This document shows positions 1 to 13,561 of a DNA stretch of 51,962 nucleotides, one piece after another. The notes beneath the pieces are model-generated. The model made no database searches. It saw only the letters and a program-made list of their open reading frames with translations, and had not been told where the DNA came from. Each line of letters starts with the position of its first letter. The first letter of the stretch is position 1. Source of the stretch: Octopus bimaculoides (Eukaryota); contig NC_068994.1 of the NCBI RefSeq assembly GCF_001194135.2, positions 27,591,536 to 27,643,497 of the forward strand, given 5' to 3'. Made by a program: the position numbers and the translations under genes.

Positions 1-600
1 ATAAACTACATTTTGAGCTAAGAAATTTGAAAATTGGTTCAATAGAAAAAAAGTTTGAGTCAAATATGTGAGGTCACAAACAGGAGAATAACACCGGAAA
101 TCAACTTTGAGCCTAAAACTTTTTTATTTTAGCTTATATGATAGATCTCTATGACAGGAATCTATCCAAAAATATTCAGTAGAAAAAAGTACTGCGGTAA
201 AATCCAGCAAGAAAAAAAAGGAGATTAACACCTGAAATTGACTTTGACTCCAAATATTATTCTTCTTTCAAAAGAAAACTATATTTAAATTTAACTTTTC
301 TGATAGATCTCGACTACGGGAATCTTATAATTATATAAAAAAAATTTTTAAACAGAAAATTACTGGGGCCAAATGTGCCGTAAACAGTGGTAATGCCTAA
401 AAACAAATTCAAAATCTAAACATTTTGTTTTTGTTTAGCTCATATGATAGAACTCATCAAGATGAGTGTCATGGTGCTAATCTTTTTCAAAAGATATTCA
501 AAAGGAAAAAAAGTTATAGTGTAAAAGTCAAATTTTTTAGACCATTTATTAAGGTCAAATTTATGAGGTCAACTATTACATGGATACTACTTTTGAGAGG
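1..600. repeat. Unclassified dispersed repeat with internal diverged subrepeats; second partial copy at about 2205-2310
   Basis: ctacattttgagct...aaatatgtgaggtc...gagaataacacc..aaatcaactt occurs at about 6-108 and again at 2206-2310; the motif gatagatctc/gatagaactc recurs about every 150 bp. Confidence 0.5.
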
Positions 601-933
601 CTGAAATTCAAGCTAGAATCCGAGGTACCATATCAGCAGCAGAAGCTCAACTGATCTGTAAGCAAATAAAAACAAAAACACAACAAATTGCAGTACCAAT
701 TTCATGCATCAAAACACACGTCCTTGTAAATAACAAAACAGATAAACAAGACCACATAGCTCATATAAATATTTACACTTTCTCTTTCATTTGTATCCAT
801 CAAACTTAACAGACTAGCTGATTGTAATCATATGTTGTCCTCCACAGAAATGAAAAAGCAAAAAAAGTTGTAGGATGTCAGGTGCAGTTACCAGCAAATG
901 GCCATAATATGGTGTGGAATTGTTAATCTAGAG

Positions 934-1052
934 GAGGGATTCCCAAAGTGTATTCTGCAAAACCCCAGGGTTCCCTCAAAGTTATCAAGGGTTCCATGTT
1001 TTTTAAAATAATGTCAAACAATTCCACAGCAAAAACAGTTTGGAAACCATTG
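934..1052. mobile_element. hAT (Charlie-type) MITE
   Basis: Ends GAGGGATTCCCAAAGTG and CAGTTTGGAAACCATTG; flanked by 8-bp atctagag / atctagtg, the nTCTAGAn-like target typical of Charlie elements. Confidence 0.6.
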
Positions 1053-1390
1053 ATCTAGTGATGAAATGTTTTTTAGGCTTACCAAAGTCATGCCTCTGTA
1101 CGAATTCATTCACTGATAGTGCTGTCTGAGAAACACTTTTCTCACCATGACGCATATGTTTATTGTATTTGGAGATGAGGAAAATATAAAGGTCGCATGG
1201 GAATCACTGATCTAGTGATTAATTGAATGTTTTTAGGCTTACCAAAGTCATACCTTTGTAGAAATTCAGACAGTGGCATTTGCCAGTGTTCGCCAATAGT
1301 GCTGTCTGTGAAACAAGTTTCTCACCATGTAAACAATGAGTGTTGGATGCATGTGTTTATTGTACTTGAAGATGTATGCAGGCATGCAGC
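1042..1390. repeat. Diverged tandem duplication, about 160-190 bp unit
   Basis: gatctagtgat...ttttaggcttaccaaagtcat...atagtgctgtctg...ctcaccatg...tttattgta present twice (about 1052-1180 and 1209-1375). Confidence 0.75.
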
Positions 1391-1769
1391 ATATCCTATG
1401 CATACATTTTAGTAATGGTGATGTAGCACTCAATAGATGTGTAGTGCTCACTATTAAGTAGAATGTAATAAACATCAAGCATTCCACTTATAGAGCAGGC
1501 TACAGTAAGGTAGCTACACAATTTTGTATCAGTGTTATTTCTAAATACAGGATAATAGGGTACCTTGACCCACAAATGTTGTCTTATTGTTCATGAAATA
1601 CTAGGGTCAACTTTTATATGGGTCTATGGAAAATTCCCGATTTTTTGGCCAAAATAGGGGTTCAACTTTTACATGAGATCAACTATTACTCAAGTATACA
1701 CAGTAAGCTAAATGGGCCAAAAGTACATAAAACAATTTTCAAGTAATATTATTACTTATTACAGTACTA

Positions 1770-1987
1770 AGATGACGAGCTGGCAGAGTCGTTAACACGC
1801 AGGGTGAAAGCTTCACAGCATTTTGACTGTTTCTACATTCTGAGTTCAAATTCTGTCACGGTCGTCTTTGCCTTTTATCTTTTCAGTACTCGATAAAATG
1901 AGTATCAGTTGAGCACTGAGGTTGATGTAATCAACTTCCCCCCTCCCTGGATTTGATGGCCTTCTGCCAAAATTGGAAACCAATATT
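1770..1987 (+). mobile_element. tRNA-derived SINE (octopus-type)
   Basis: A-box-like TGGCAGAGTCG and B-box-like GAGTTCAAATTC, followed by the body shared with more than 10 other copies in the window. Confidence 0.75.
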
Positions 1988-2602
1988 GCAAAATGTTTGA
2001 TTCAATTCAGTATTTAGGTGTCTTGCAAAGATCTACCTCATATTCATAGTATACACTATTTTGTAATAAATATCATTCACACATGGCAGCATGTGAATAA
2101 TATTCTTAAGGTCAACATTTACTCACTCATGACCACTCCTAGGCTTTGTCACTAATTCAGTTTTTTTTACCAAAGTTGTACATTTTTAGATCGGTCACCT
2201 CCTAGGCTACATTTTGAGCTGCAAAATTTGAAATTTGGTTCAGTAGAAAAAAAGTTGAGATTTCAAATATGTGAGGTCAAAAAGGGGAGAATAACACCTG
2301 AAATCAACTTCAGGGATATACATGCGACACTGCATACATACTTTCATAAACACACACACACACACACATACAAATAAGTAACTTTTAAGATGGCCATGAA
2401 GGGAAACAATGGTGAGTGTGATGAATACATAGCTTTAAGCAGAGGAGTTAAGTTGACAACAATTGATGACAAGTGGACTCTTTTCTGCTGTCCATCATAA
2501 ATAAACACTCACACAAATTTTTTCTCTAACGGATGGCGATATTTTATGGCACACACAGAACAAAAACAAAAGGGAAAAGCAAAAACAAACCTGCCTTTAG
2601 TT

Positions 2603-2668
2603 AATTGGATACGACGTTTCACGGTTAAGAGTATGAAGTTACTCTATTCCGCTCTTCAGCCCAATATT
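2603..2668 (-). ncRNA. Hammerhead ribozyme-like motif (Penelope-type, palindromic stem III), partly degenerate
   Basis: Minus strand: CTGAAGA-GCGG...AGAGTA/TACTCT...CCGT-GAAAC-GTC; core intact, stem I out of register. Confidence 0.55.
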
Positions 2669-5600
2669 TTGATAAATTTGAAAGTGTCTCTAAAAAAACT
2701 CACGGTNNNNNNNNNNNNNNNNNNNNNNNNNNNNNNNNNNNNNNNNNNNNNNNNNNNNNNNNNNNNNNNNNNNNNNNNNNNNNNNNNNNNNNNNNNNNNN
2801 NNNNNNNNNNNNNNNNNNNNNNNNNNNNNNNNNNNNNNNNNNNNNNNNNNNNNNNNNNNNNNNNNNNNNNNNNNNNNNNNNNNNNNNNNNNNNNNNNNNN
2901 NNNNNNNNNNNNNNNNNNNNNNNNNNNNNNNNNNNNNNNNNNNNNNNNNNNNNNNNNNTAATCACTTTCACCTAATCAGAAAGCAGGATTTAGAAGCTGG
3001 CATTTCCTGCATGATAGTTGTCTATCACAAAATGAAAGCAAAATCATTATAGGAGGAAGAATTTTTATTAAACAAAGGAAAAGAAAGCATTACGACAACC
3101 AAAGTTGTAAGAACTTCTGAAGTTTTAATAAGTTTTTGTTTGCTTTTAAGCTTTAATTCAATATTAAGAGTAGCAGAATTTAGATGATTATTTCTTAGAG
3201 TAAATTGACAAGGTTTTCGCTTTCAGACAGTATGACTGGATTTTCAGAGTTGCAGGGTTCAGATTTTTTATTTTCAGGCAAGTTGACAACAGCAGTAGCT
3301 GAATTGCATGAATTTCAACTAACAAACTAACTTTGCCCTAACAAGGGCAGGTGACTCCTTCTGCCTTATGGTGGATGCATTAGCTATTTTTGCATTTTAA
3401 AAAATTTTGTATTAGCTATGGCTTTACTATTCATATGACCAGATTCTCTTCTTACTATATAGTAGATATATTTTCATACCTCTTCTTGCTAACTCTTCTT
3501 ACTATATATAGATATAGCTCAATTATTTCTTGAATTTATATTAAAATTAGTATTACATTAATATTCACTACTATACAGAAAATTATTTTGCATAATGAAT
3601 TTTCACATGTTCTTTTTTGGCATGTTTGTATTATGCACTTTGTTTCAATATAAAAATTGTATATACAGTGAAGATATAGGATCTAATATTTTTTACAATT
3701 ATGATTACATTTCTCATTCATAAAATTCTTATTTTAATTCAGTCATCAACAATGAAAAATTATTCAAATATTTTTTAACTAAAAAATATTTATTAGTTTT
3801 ATTGCATTGCCTGGAAAAAAAAGTGGATTACAATGAAAAGTGCAGGCACATGCATGTTAATTAAAATACATTATATTAGGTAAATTTGAAATAATTTATC
3901 TTATTCATGAGAATCTAAAAAACAAGTAAATCTTTAAAAGCTTGGTACAAAAATAATCAAAAATAAATTTAAACAAAAAATATTTTTTAAATCATATCTT
4001 TCGAAATATACAATTAAAATAGCCATTTTATTTAGTTGTATCAAGTACAAACAATAAAATATGAAGTTGTTAATAAAATTACACAAGATTTTTTTTTACT
4101 TGAATTGAAATATCATTACATTGATTGCAGTAGAATGGTCATATGGTTTTCAAATCAACCATATGCTCAGTCAATTTTTCCATATTAAAAAAAAAATAAT
4201 AATAATCTGGCAAATAAATCATAAGTAAAATGTATTAGTTAGCATTAATACAGTAGACTTAGCCTAATTTGGCTTTGGCTAATTCATTACTTCACTTAAT
4301 TTGTCACTTTTGGTTTTCTCCTAGGGATGACTAATTAAGCAAATTCTACTATATTGTTTTTTAAATTAATTTTATTTTATTTCATTTTTAAAATACTGCT
4401 TTTTCCAAAAAATAAGCCCATGGGCTTAAGTACAGACTTAAATAATTTTGCTTAAATAATTTCTTTTCTGAAAATAATAAAAATTACTGGAGCTATACAT
4501 GAAAAGACTTTAAATCAGAAGGGCTTACTTTTGGAAAAACTGAGTAAAGTTTTCATGATTGTTGTTTTAATAAAATATAGTAAATTTTTTAAATGTTATT
4601 CTCAGCTGCAATATTTTAAGTACAGTTGAGTTTTAATTGTAAATAATTTTTAGTTTCCTTTAGACGTGACGAATTATGCAAAATCTACTGTAAAAATCTT
4701 GTTCTGTACTTCTCCAGGTGTAACATGCATATTCCCACATCTTTCATTGTAATATATATGTATGGATGGACGGACAGACAAATAAATAGATAGAAAGACA
4801 GGTAGATAGACAGGCAGACAGATAGCTAGCTAGCTTGACAGATGGACAGACAGTCCGACCAACTTGTGGCATGTAGCCTGGAGTAAGCCTTGTTGCTGGG
4901 TGTTGTAGCTCATTTAGTTAGTGCTTTTGAACCAAGGGTTCTTCATCAAATATTTTTTAAAATTCATACTTCCACCCTTTCTTGATGATGGTTAGCTTTC
5001 CACTCTTTCACAATTAAAGATCCTAGGAGCAATAGACATCTTTCCACACATCCAGCTCATTATGGCAGTTCAGGCTCAGTGCTTGCTTCCTAATAGAGTG
5101 TGCCTCTGTTACTCTGAGGCTAATTGCATCCCTCCCCTTCAATTAGTATACAGGCGGAGAAATCTCCATCATAATGTTGGAATATGGCACTGGGTGGTGT
5201 GGCGTTGTACAGATATTCCTTCACCCTAAAGTGAAGTGTCTCCTGGTCGATCCTATGTATGTCATCATCAGTTACACCACGTTGGATTTAAAACATAGCC
5301 AAGCACTCTCTGTTGGTTGGATCATTCATGTTTTAGGCAGCATGCATCCAATATGTTGTTGGTGTGTGCAAGGTAGTGTCTGAGCATGTGGCCCCATCTC
5401 ATGATTTTGACAGTGAGGTCAGATCTCCAGACAGCGTTTTTTAACTGGCTCTCCACCATCTCCCCATAGTATGGAAGGTCAACACTGACTCAGTGTTTAT
5501 TCTTCCTTCTATTGATCTGATCCCTGTTGTTCTTCTTTCTGCTAATGTTGCCACTGCTTTGGACATTCACAGCTCCAGTCTCTATGGCACCAATCCAGTT

Positions 5601-6187
5601 ATTGTCATTGCTGTCACTGTTGGCATTGTTGTCGCTGCTGTTGCTATAGTTGTTGTTGTCATCAGTACGGTGGTTGTTGTTGATGACAATGATAACAATG
5701 ACAGAAGTGGTGGCAGTAGCAGCAATGCTGCTTATCATGATGATAACATCAATGACAAGAGAGTCAGGGAAATAATTATTTTCTTCAGAACTCTTGATTC
5801 CAGTTTAGAGTTTCAATGTTTTGACAGCTATGCTATAGACAAATACCTTGTTTTAGATTACACATACATATACACTCACACACACACATAAGGAAAATCC
5901 CTTGTATGTAACTTCGAGACATTCTAGACCCCATCCAAAACCCAAACTCTAACAGAATGACATAAAAATCGCTCCTAAACATGGTTTATTCACATATTGT
6001 GGTGTGTCTCCTCTCTCTACATTTTTACCACTACAACAGTGGCCTCTTCTTGACATCCCCTAGTTTTATTGCCACTTCCACTCACACACTCTCAAATCCT
6101 TTTCCACATAACATCCACTGTATAGGTTCAAGCAGGCAGACAGACAGACAGACAAATTGATTGGTTAAAGAGAAACAGAGAATGAAA

Positions 6188-6312
6188 CAACAGAAATATA
6201 ATGTAGGACAACTTAAATACAATATAGGACAGCTGAAATATAATGTAGGGTAGCTGAAATATAATGTATGACAACAGAAATATAACAGAGGACAGCTGAA
6301 ATATAATGTAGG
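6188..6312. repeat. 21-bp minisatellite, about 6 copies
   Basis: Unit approximately gacagctgaaatataatgtag repeated in tandem. Confidence 0.75.
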
Positions 6313-6438
6313 AAAAAGAAATGAAGATCTTCAGGTTGACAGATTATTCTAAAAAATACCAATGTATAAATTTCTAAAATTTTAACTTTCTTTTCATGAC
6401 ACTTGTTCATTAAATAGTACTTTGATTTCTCATACCAG

Positions 6439-6551
6439 ACTACATCAGACGAATCCAGTTAACGTTCTCATCCAATATTGATCACATCAATAGATATGAT
6501 CAGCAGTGGAGGTCCTGGCTTAAGAAACGACTGCAAGAAAGATTAATAGAC
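6439..6551 (+). CDS. SORCS: SorCS-like VPS10-domain receptor, internal exon A (start of membrane-proximal SoMP/SEA-like domain)
   Basis: Acceptor ttgatttctcataccag| and donor GAC|gtaagt; 113 bp, phase 1 to 0, open: (x)YIRRIQLTFSSNIDHINRYDQQWRSWLKKRLQERLID. Aligns without gaps to human SORCS1 EEFRSLRLSFSPNLDDYNPDIPEWRRDIGRVIKKSLVE (recalled from memory, not searched). Confidence 0.88.
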
Positions 6552-7204
6552 GTAAGTTTATCTCTGAACTTTCTTAGTTTTTTCTTTATTTTATTTATAT
6601 ATTTTTTTTTTGTACAAGAATGGCTGTGACATTGATAAATAGTTCAAATCTTGTTATTGTCTATGAACTGAATTCTTAAGAAAGGCACTTACTTTTGTCT
6701 TCCTCAGTCCATCTAGCTGTCAAATATATATACACACTTATATCATTCTTAAGTGATTGGCAGTTGAAAATCTAATTGCTTAAAAGATATGGTAAAATCT
6801 GAAATTGAAGAAGCCTGTGCTGGCAAAAATTCAAAGGGAAATTTAGAAATTGATTTACCTTGAAGTATGAAAAATTTAATGTTTCAGGCAATTGTCTTTT
6901 ATCAAAGAGTCAAAGATAAAATATTTAACACTATAACATGGCCCAAGAGTAGCTTTAGCCTAGCTCACCCAATGCCAAAAATCAGGACAGGTCTCCAGCT
7001 TGAGAATAACTTCCTGCCATTATTCCACTAGTCACAGAGCTCCTGAAAATATTCATAAAAGCAAAAATGCTCTTCATTTCCATAAAGCACATATAGAGCA
7101 ATTTCACTAGTGAAGAGATTTGTGAATCGATTTTCCAGTTTAACTCAGATCTCCAAATTATTCCAGTCACATTGGTACATTTTTCATCTCTCTTTATATT
7201 CTAG

Positions 7205-7324
7205 TTGCTTCATGTAACAGCAGATCATCTGATTGTGTTTGTATACAATGAAATCCCACCAAAAGCTGATGTTACTCTTCTACCCAACAATCCACAATCA
7301 GTATCAGATAAAGACACTGACAAA
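7205..7324 (+). CDS. SORCS: SorCS-like receptor, internal exon B
   Basis: Acceptor catctctctttatattctag| and donor AAA|gtaagg; 120 bp, phase 0 to 0: LLHVTADHLIVFVYNEIPPKADVTLLPNNPQSVSDKDTDK, resembling SORCS1 ATGVPGQHILVAVLPGLPTTAELFVLP (recalled). Confidence 0.88.
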
Positions 7325-7564
7325 GTAAGGCAATTCATATTTATTCATATTTATTCACATGGCACTTTTCTTTCTTCTTTTCATGCATACATACGTATTA
7401 CTTTTTACAAGTGTACATTCTTTTTTATTTTATACATGCATACACATATTCATTCACATATTCATTCATTCATCATCAAAATCATAATCACAACCATAGC
7501 ACATTTTTTATTTTATTTTTTCCATTCAGCAATTCATTAAACATATATCTATTACCATTCACAA

Positions 7565-8380
7565 TTAAAAGGCAGACTGTATGACGCATGCGTACGAACA
7601 GCCATGCTACATGGCAGTGAAACATGGGCTGTAACTGCTGAGGACATACGTAAGCTCGCAAGGAATGAAGCCAGTATGCTCCGTTGGATGTGTAATGTCA
7701 ATGTGAATACCCGTCAGAGTGTAAGTATCTTGAGAGAAAAGCTGAACATTAGAAGCATCAGTTGTGGTGTGCAAGAGAGACGATTGCGCTGGTATGGACA
7801 TGTGGTGAGAATNNNNNNNNNNNNNNNNNNNNNNNNNNNNNNNNNNNNNNNNNNNNNNNNNNNNNNNNNNNNNNNNNNNNNNNNNNNNNNNNNNNNNNNN
7901 NNNNNNNNNNNNNNNNNNNNNNNNNNNNNNNNNNNNNNNNNNNNNNNNNNNNNNNNNNNNNNNNNNNNNNNNNNNNNNNNNNNNNNNNNNNNNNNNNNNN
8001 NNNNNNNNNNNNNNNNNNNNNNNNNNNNNNNNNNNNNNNNNNNNNNNNNNNNNNNNNNNNNNNNNNNNNNNNNNNNNNNNNNNNNNNNNNNNNNNNNNNN
8101 NNNNNNNNNNNNNNNNNNNNNNNNNNNNNNNNNNNNNNNNNNNNNNNNNNNNATAAAAGACACCATTTCAAGCGTGGCCGTTTTCGTGCGGGTGACATGT
8201 AAAAGCACCCACTACACTCTTTGAGTGGTTGGCGTTAGGAAGGGCATCCAGCTGTAGAAACTCTGCCAAATTAGATTGGAGCCTGGTGTTGCCATCCGGT
8301 TTCACCAGTCCTCAGTCAAATCGTCCAACCCATGCTAGCATGGAAAGCGGACGTTAAACGATGATGATGATGATGATGAA
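7565..8380 (+). mobile_element. RTE-clade LINE 3' end (gap inside)
   Basis: RLYDACVRTAMLHGSETWA...RRLRWYGHVVR C-terminal RTE motif, conserved 3' UTR and (GAT)n tail. Confidence 0.85.
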
Positions 8381-8753
8381 TTACCACCACCAACATACCA
8401 TTCATTTTATTTTGTCCCTTAACCACTAACCAACAATCAAATAAAAACAGTAGCACTTCAACTGACTGAATGCATCCAAAACACACACATACATGCACAA
8501 ATACACTCACTCTCTCTCAAACACACACATTCTCTCTCTCTCACTCATTCTCTCTTACACACACACAGTTATTTGTCCAAAACAAATAGTAAAGAACAGA
8601 TGTTTTTCACTACTTCCCCCAAAATAGTCGATAGAACATGCCCTAACTTTTCCAAATAAACTTGTTTCAAATATACCCATTCAAAATAATCAACTGAAAA
8701 ACATAACACACACACACACACACACACATGCACACACATGAGAAAAACATTAA

Positions 8754-8975
8754 CCCCTTAGCATTTAGATTACTTTGTCAAATATAATGCTTATTTATTT
8801 ACATTGTTTTGAATTAATCATAGCATTATCTTGCAGCTTCAAAATTTTGATCATGTGATTATTTTTAGAAAAATATTGTAGGATAAGTATGAAAGTTCAA
8901 ATCTGACCTGGCCTTTTTGAACATAAAACTGGTAGAATATTTGAACTGGATATGGCCAGTTTAAATGTTAAAGGG
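8754..8975. mobile_element. piggyBac-type MITE
   Basis: TTAA on both sides (8750-8753, 8976-8979); TIRs CCCCTTAGCATTTA / TAAATGTTAAAGGG. Confidence 0.75.
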
Positions 8976-10149
8976 TTAAATAAATAAAGCAACTGATCAA
9001 AGACTCGAAATTTAGAAAACAGCACAACCAGCAGCTTGCTCCCCACCCTTACACACATTCACATTTCTTTACAGAAATACAAAAAGCCCCACACTCAAAC
9101 ATACACACAGTCATTGGTCCAAAAGAATAGATACAAACACTCTTACTTTTCCAAACAAACTTTTTCAAATAAATTCATTTAAAACATCCAACTGAAAAAC
9201 CCTAGACACATGCACAGAAGCTAAAAATGTTTAAGTAAATAGATATACAAAAATGAAAAGTAAACAAAAACACCTGCCACCAGCTTACCATAAACAAGTA
9301 AATAACACTCTCCTGCCTATAATTGAAATACAAACACCACACAAACAGCCAATGAAAAACACAAGCACCAAACCACTCATGTACATCAATGTGTATATAT
9401 ATACATACAGGGTATAGCGAATAAAGTGTCATCTAAATTATGCAAAAATAAAAATAACACTAACATGTCATTTTAACAGATATATTTACCAAAATTACAT
9501 TAGAATATCTTGAAATACTAAAGAGTAAATTTATTCAATAAAATCACTTAGATCCATATGGTTGGAAAACAAAATTGTTAACACACAGCCATGTGTGTGT
9601 GTGTGTGTGTGTGTAAAATATATATATTACTTTTTAGAAATTGCTTCTTGAAGTACATCTGAAGCTATAGATATAACACAAAGAAGTGATATGTTTAAAT
9701 ATATACAATGGGAGGGAACTAGCACTAATTGATAACACTATTCTCCGATAGGATAGTAAACAACAATTATCTATAACACTTTCATGTAACCAATTATTAT
9801 ATCACTTATTCATATTTCTCTTTTCTCACTGCCATATGACATATTCAATGGAGAAAAGCTTTTATGTGACCTTTCCACATGGCTCCTATGTGAGCGTAAT
9901 ACATGAATGTTGATCAATCAATTTTACATTAATGGATAAGGTTCTAAGCCACATTCTTACTTTAAAAAACAAACTATTTTTATAACAACAGCTAGAATAG
10001 ATATAATTTGTGACACAACTCCTCACACTTTTGAAAATCTCTTGTGAAACTAGCCAAGTGTATTCCTATATTTTAAAATATAATTAAATTTTAATTAATT
10101 CTAATATATTCTGTGTGCATTTTCAACTTCCTTTCTTCTTCTATTTCTC

Positions 10150-10790
10150 CACTTGTTTGACCATCTCTAGAGGAGCCAATGGCCACACACTTGATAGGCT
10201 TAGAAAGGACCTGATTAGCACCCTAGGCTCCATGGGATTCAAAATTACTATTGAGACAAACATCATCACCATAGAAATCCTAGATGTCACTCTAGACTTG
10301 GGCTCCAGTACACACAGGCCCTATCACAAGCCTAACAAGAGGCTGTCCTATATCAACACAGCCTTTTGCCACCCCCTATTGTGTTAAAAGATCTTGAATT
10401 TATCCTCAAATCAAGAAATTTTCAACGACAGTGCTCCCTACTATACAATGAGACACTGGTGTCCAGTGGATTTAAAAATTGCATCTCCTACATGCCAGCC
10501 CCTAACACTCACAAAAGGAAGCACAGCCAGAACATTGTTTTGTTTGCCTCACCCTTCTCACTCAACGTCAAGACATGTGTGGATGAATATTCCTCAGGTT
10601 ACTAGACAAACACTTCATGCAGACACACAAATATGGACATTTGTTCAGTAGGCACAATCTAAGGGTCTCTTTTAGTTGTGCACCCAACATGAAAAGTATA
10701 TTAGCTAACACCAATAAAATGCAAGTGGAGGCCATTTGCTCTTGCAGAGTGTACAATGACTGCCCAGTGAGAGGCTAATGTGAGACCGCG
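10150..10790 (+). mobile_element. Penelope-like element remnant (RT C-terminal/thumb and linker region)
   Basis: Frameshifted pieces DRLRKDLI...GFKITIETN...ILDVTLDL...RPYHKPN...YIN...HPP and LSSNQEIFNDSAPYY. Confidence 0.75.
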
Positions 10791-11523
10791 GGAGTCATCT
10801 ATGAAACTCTGGTGGTATCCAAATCTAGTAACCATAGTAATAGCAGCAATGGATCATCCAGCATCGATGGTATTGGCAGCAGCAACAGCAGCAGAAACAC
10901 AAACACTGACACCAATGGCCCCAGCACCAGCAATGCTACCAACCCCACATCTAATATTGCCAATGATGATGGAAACTGAAAGAAGTTTCATGCAAGTGGG
11001 CTTGTATTTCCCTTGTGTTCATTGGTTTGTAAACAATAACTTTGTGTGGGTGTTATTTCTAGTTCTCTGTATAAAAACAGGTCAAGGTTGTTTGTATTTT
11101 GATAGACTTGGAGATTACAACCCAGCTTGGAAAAAATCTAGGTTGGTGAGAGAAAGGCTGATCAGTTGTAGAAAATTCTACTCCAATATTCTCTCGTCTG
11201 ATCTATGCAAGTGTGGAAAACAGATGTTAAAATTGTAATGTTAATAATGATGTGTGTTTGTATATATATATATATATATATATATNNNNNNNNNNNNNNN
11301 NNNNNNNNNNNNNNNNNNNNNNNNNNNNNNNNNNNNNNNNNNNNNNNNNNNNNNNNNNNNNNNNNNNNNNNTATGCATAGAAAATGTTATACTTGGAAAT
11401 GGTCATCTTTTGCTGGTAATGTGTGTTTAACCGGCAAAAAATGGCCATCCCCAAGTATAATAATATCTGTTTCAATACACAACCAACTTCACATCAAGAA
11501 TCTTGCAAAACAAATACATAGAC

Positions 11524-11573
<50 letters not shown>

Positions 11574-13339
11574 CAGTACACAGATAATGTAATCAGTATT
11601 AATGTTCTATATAATGTATAAGTGTCTCATAAGGTCAGCAAAGCATCAGTTACATAAACAAATGCCACTGGCCCCATTCATTGGCGTTACTCAACAAAAA
11701 TACAATGCAAAGAAAGATGGAAGCCTTTATATACACCAGTATGCAAATAAGAACAGTTAGGTTATCATAGAAGAATAGAAGAAGGAGATGGTACGGTAAG
11801 AGAGCTTGAGAGAGGAGTATGATAGGTTGGAGGCAAGATAAGAAGGCCCTCAGGCCCACACATTGCACAATATGTATAATATCAATAATACTGATAACAT
11901 TATACGTATATAAAACACATGTATTATGCATACACACACACACAATTAAAAAAGAGCTATTAGTAGTTTCAAGCTTTAAGATACATTAAATTGGCAGATT
12001 TATATAGCATGCCATGTATCTCCAAGCAATCTTTCAAATTCAGTTCATAACATTAGATATATCTAAAAACCAGGATGTTGGTCTATGAAAAAAAAATGAA
12101 AAAAAGACTAATGTGAGAAGTTGAAAGAGAAGAAAGAAAAGGAAAACAGGGAAACCAAGATCTCTGTCCTCTTTGATTGTAGAAACCATAATTACTGTAG
12201 CTGGCGCAGAACAATATAACAAAAAGGAGGCCAAAGTCTGTGAGATAGAGTGGGTGATGTCCTCTATTTCAACAAAAGAAACCTGTGCATGTGCTTGCAT
12301 TTGCTAAAAAATTCAGATGTGGAAATAAATAGTTTCATGGAATTCTTGAACCAAAAAAGAATCTGTGATCTTTCAGCTTACGCATAACTTTCACCTTTAT
12401 AACCCATTTATGCATGGCATAGATTTCTTCACAATTCTCCACTTGATTGTATTTGGTGTGCATTTGGTCTTCAGATCTCATACAGAGACTTGATGGTCCT
12501 ATTTTTGTCATTGTGTTGGAAAGAAGACTGATGGTCTGCATAACAGCATTTAAATTTGCCTTCACATAAACCACTGTCGTTTTTCTTCTCAGTTATGTTT
12601 TGGAGCACTGCTTTAACTTCAGCTTCATAAACAACTCTGTTTATCAAACATGCTTGATCAAGCAGGCAAGCTTCAGGATCTCAGCAGTTACAACTGGGAG
12701 TGGGCTCTTGGTGTGACTTACATGTGATAAGTTCCCTCATACTGGAGCAGCAGCTTTACAAAATTTTTATTGAGAATCTACTAAAAATCTTCCTGTAGTT
12801 TACTGGAAAATGTTTATTTAATAATGTCAGGCATTTCTTTCCAATGTCAGTTTTGATATTTAAGGAGAAACAGGGTTAACTCTATTATTTTTCGAGGTCT
12901 ATTTTTAGGCTTTATATTTTTAACTGAAGGGTTATATGATATCTTATCTTTAAAGCCACTGTTAGCTAGGGAATTGTAATAGTAGGGAGCTGCTTATCAG
13001 AAATTTCCTTTGAGGGGGATAGATTAGATATCCTACTACTGATGTTGGCTATTAGGTTTTTAAACACTGTGACAGAACTGTTTATGTGTATAGGAGTACT
13101 TCTCATTCAGTTTATGAAAAGGTTTATAAGAACATTAGTTTAAGTCTTGGGAAACATCTAAGAAATCAACATTGGATAAATTAGTAGATACAGTAATTTT
13201 GGGGCCTAACTGACTAAAATTATATATGGGTTTTTCCTAAATTTATCTAGTGTATGTTCATCACAGTCAAATTTCCAAACCATCATCACGGTACAAGCCA
13301 ATATGTCTGTGTGTGTGTGTGTGTGTGTGTGCATGTGTA

Positions 13340-13560
13340 TGAAGGGTTCTGAAAAGTTCCTGGCTTTAAGGGTATCATGAAAGGCCTGGTTGGAGACCTA
13401 ACCTTCCAAATTCATTTACAGGGCTTACAAAAATTGAAGGATCACTTCAATAAGTGTGTGAATCTGAGAGGGGAATGAGTTAAATAAAATAATTTTATTC
13501 ATTTAACTGATCCTCCTGTATTTTCTTTTATCCAAAGCGGGAACTTTTCAGCAGCCCTCG
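13340..13560. mobile_element. Mariner-derived MITE
   Basis: Ends TGAAGGGTTCTGAAAAGTTCCTGGCTTT and AAAGCGGGAACTTTTCAGCAGCCCTCG, with TA on the left. Confidence 0.7.
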
Positions 13561-13561
13561 T

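Noticed and set aside
840-2420. Candidate upstream (PKD-domain) exon near the acceptor at 849 or the donor ATG|gtgagt near 2411
   Set aside because: No open, phase-compatible, PKD-like translation; both lie in repeat-like sequence. The exon is probably upstream of the window or in a gap.
2546-3052. Long ORFs running through N gaps (also 7714-8208, 30470-31234, 35299-36012, 48790-49284)
   Set aside because: Length comes from Ns and microsatellites; no coding signal apart from the RTE fragment at 7604.
5040-5480. Possible RLE-type LINE remnant on the minus strand (HxNxxxD and RPGD-like words)
   Set aside because: Too decayed to support as a feature without a profile search.
5493-5891. ORF with signal-peptide/TM-like hydrophobic runs
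   Set aside because: Degenerate (GTT/GCT/GAT) trinucleotide tract; no convincing splice sites or phase fit with the SorCS exons; similar hydrophobic pseudo-ORFs occur at other microsatellites.
10780-11238. 152-aa ORF
   Set aside because: Low-complexity CAG/CAA-derived tract plus random sequence; no recognisable domain.
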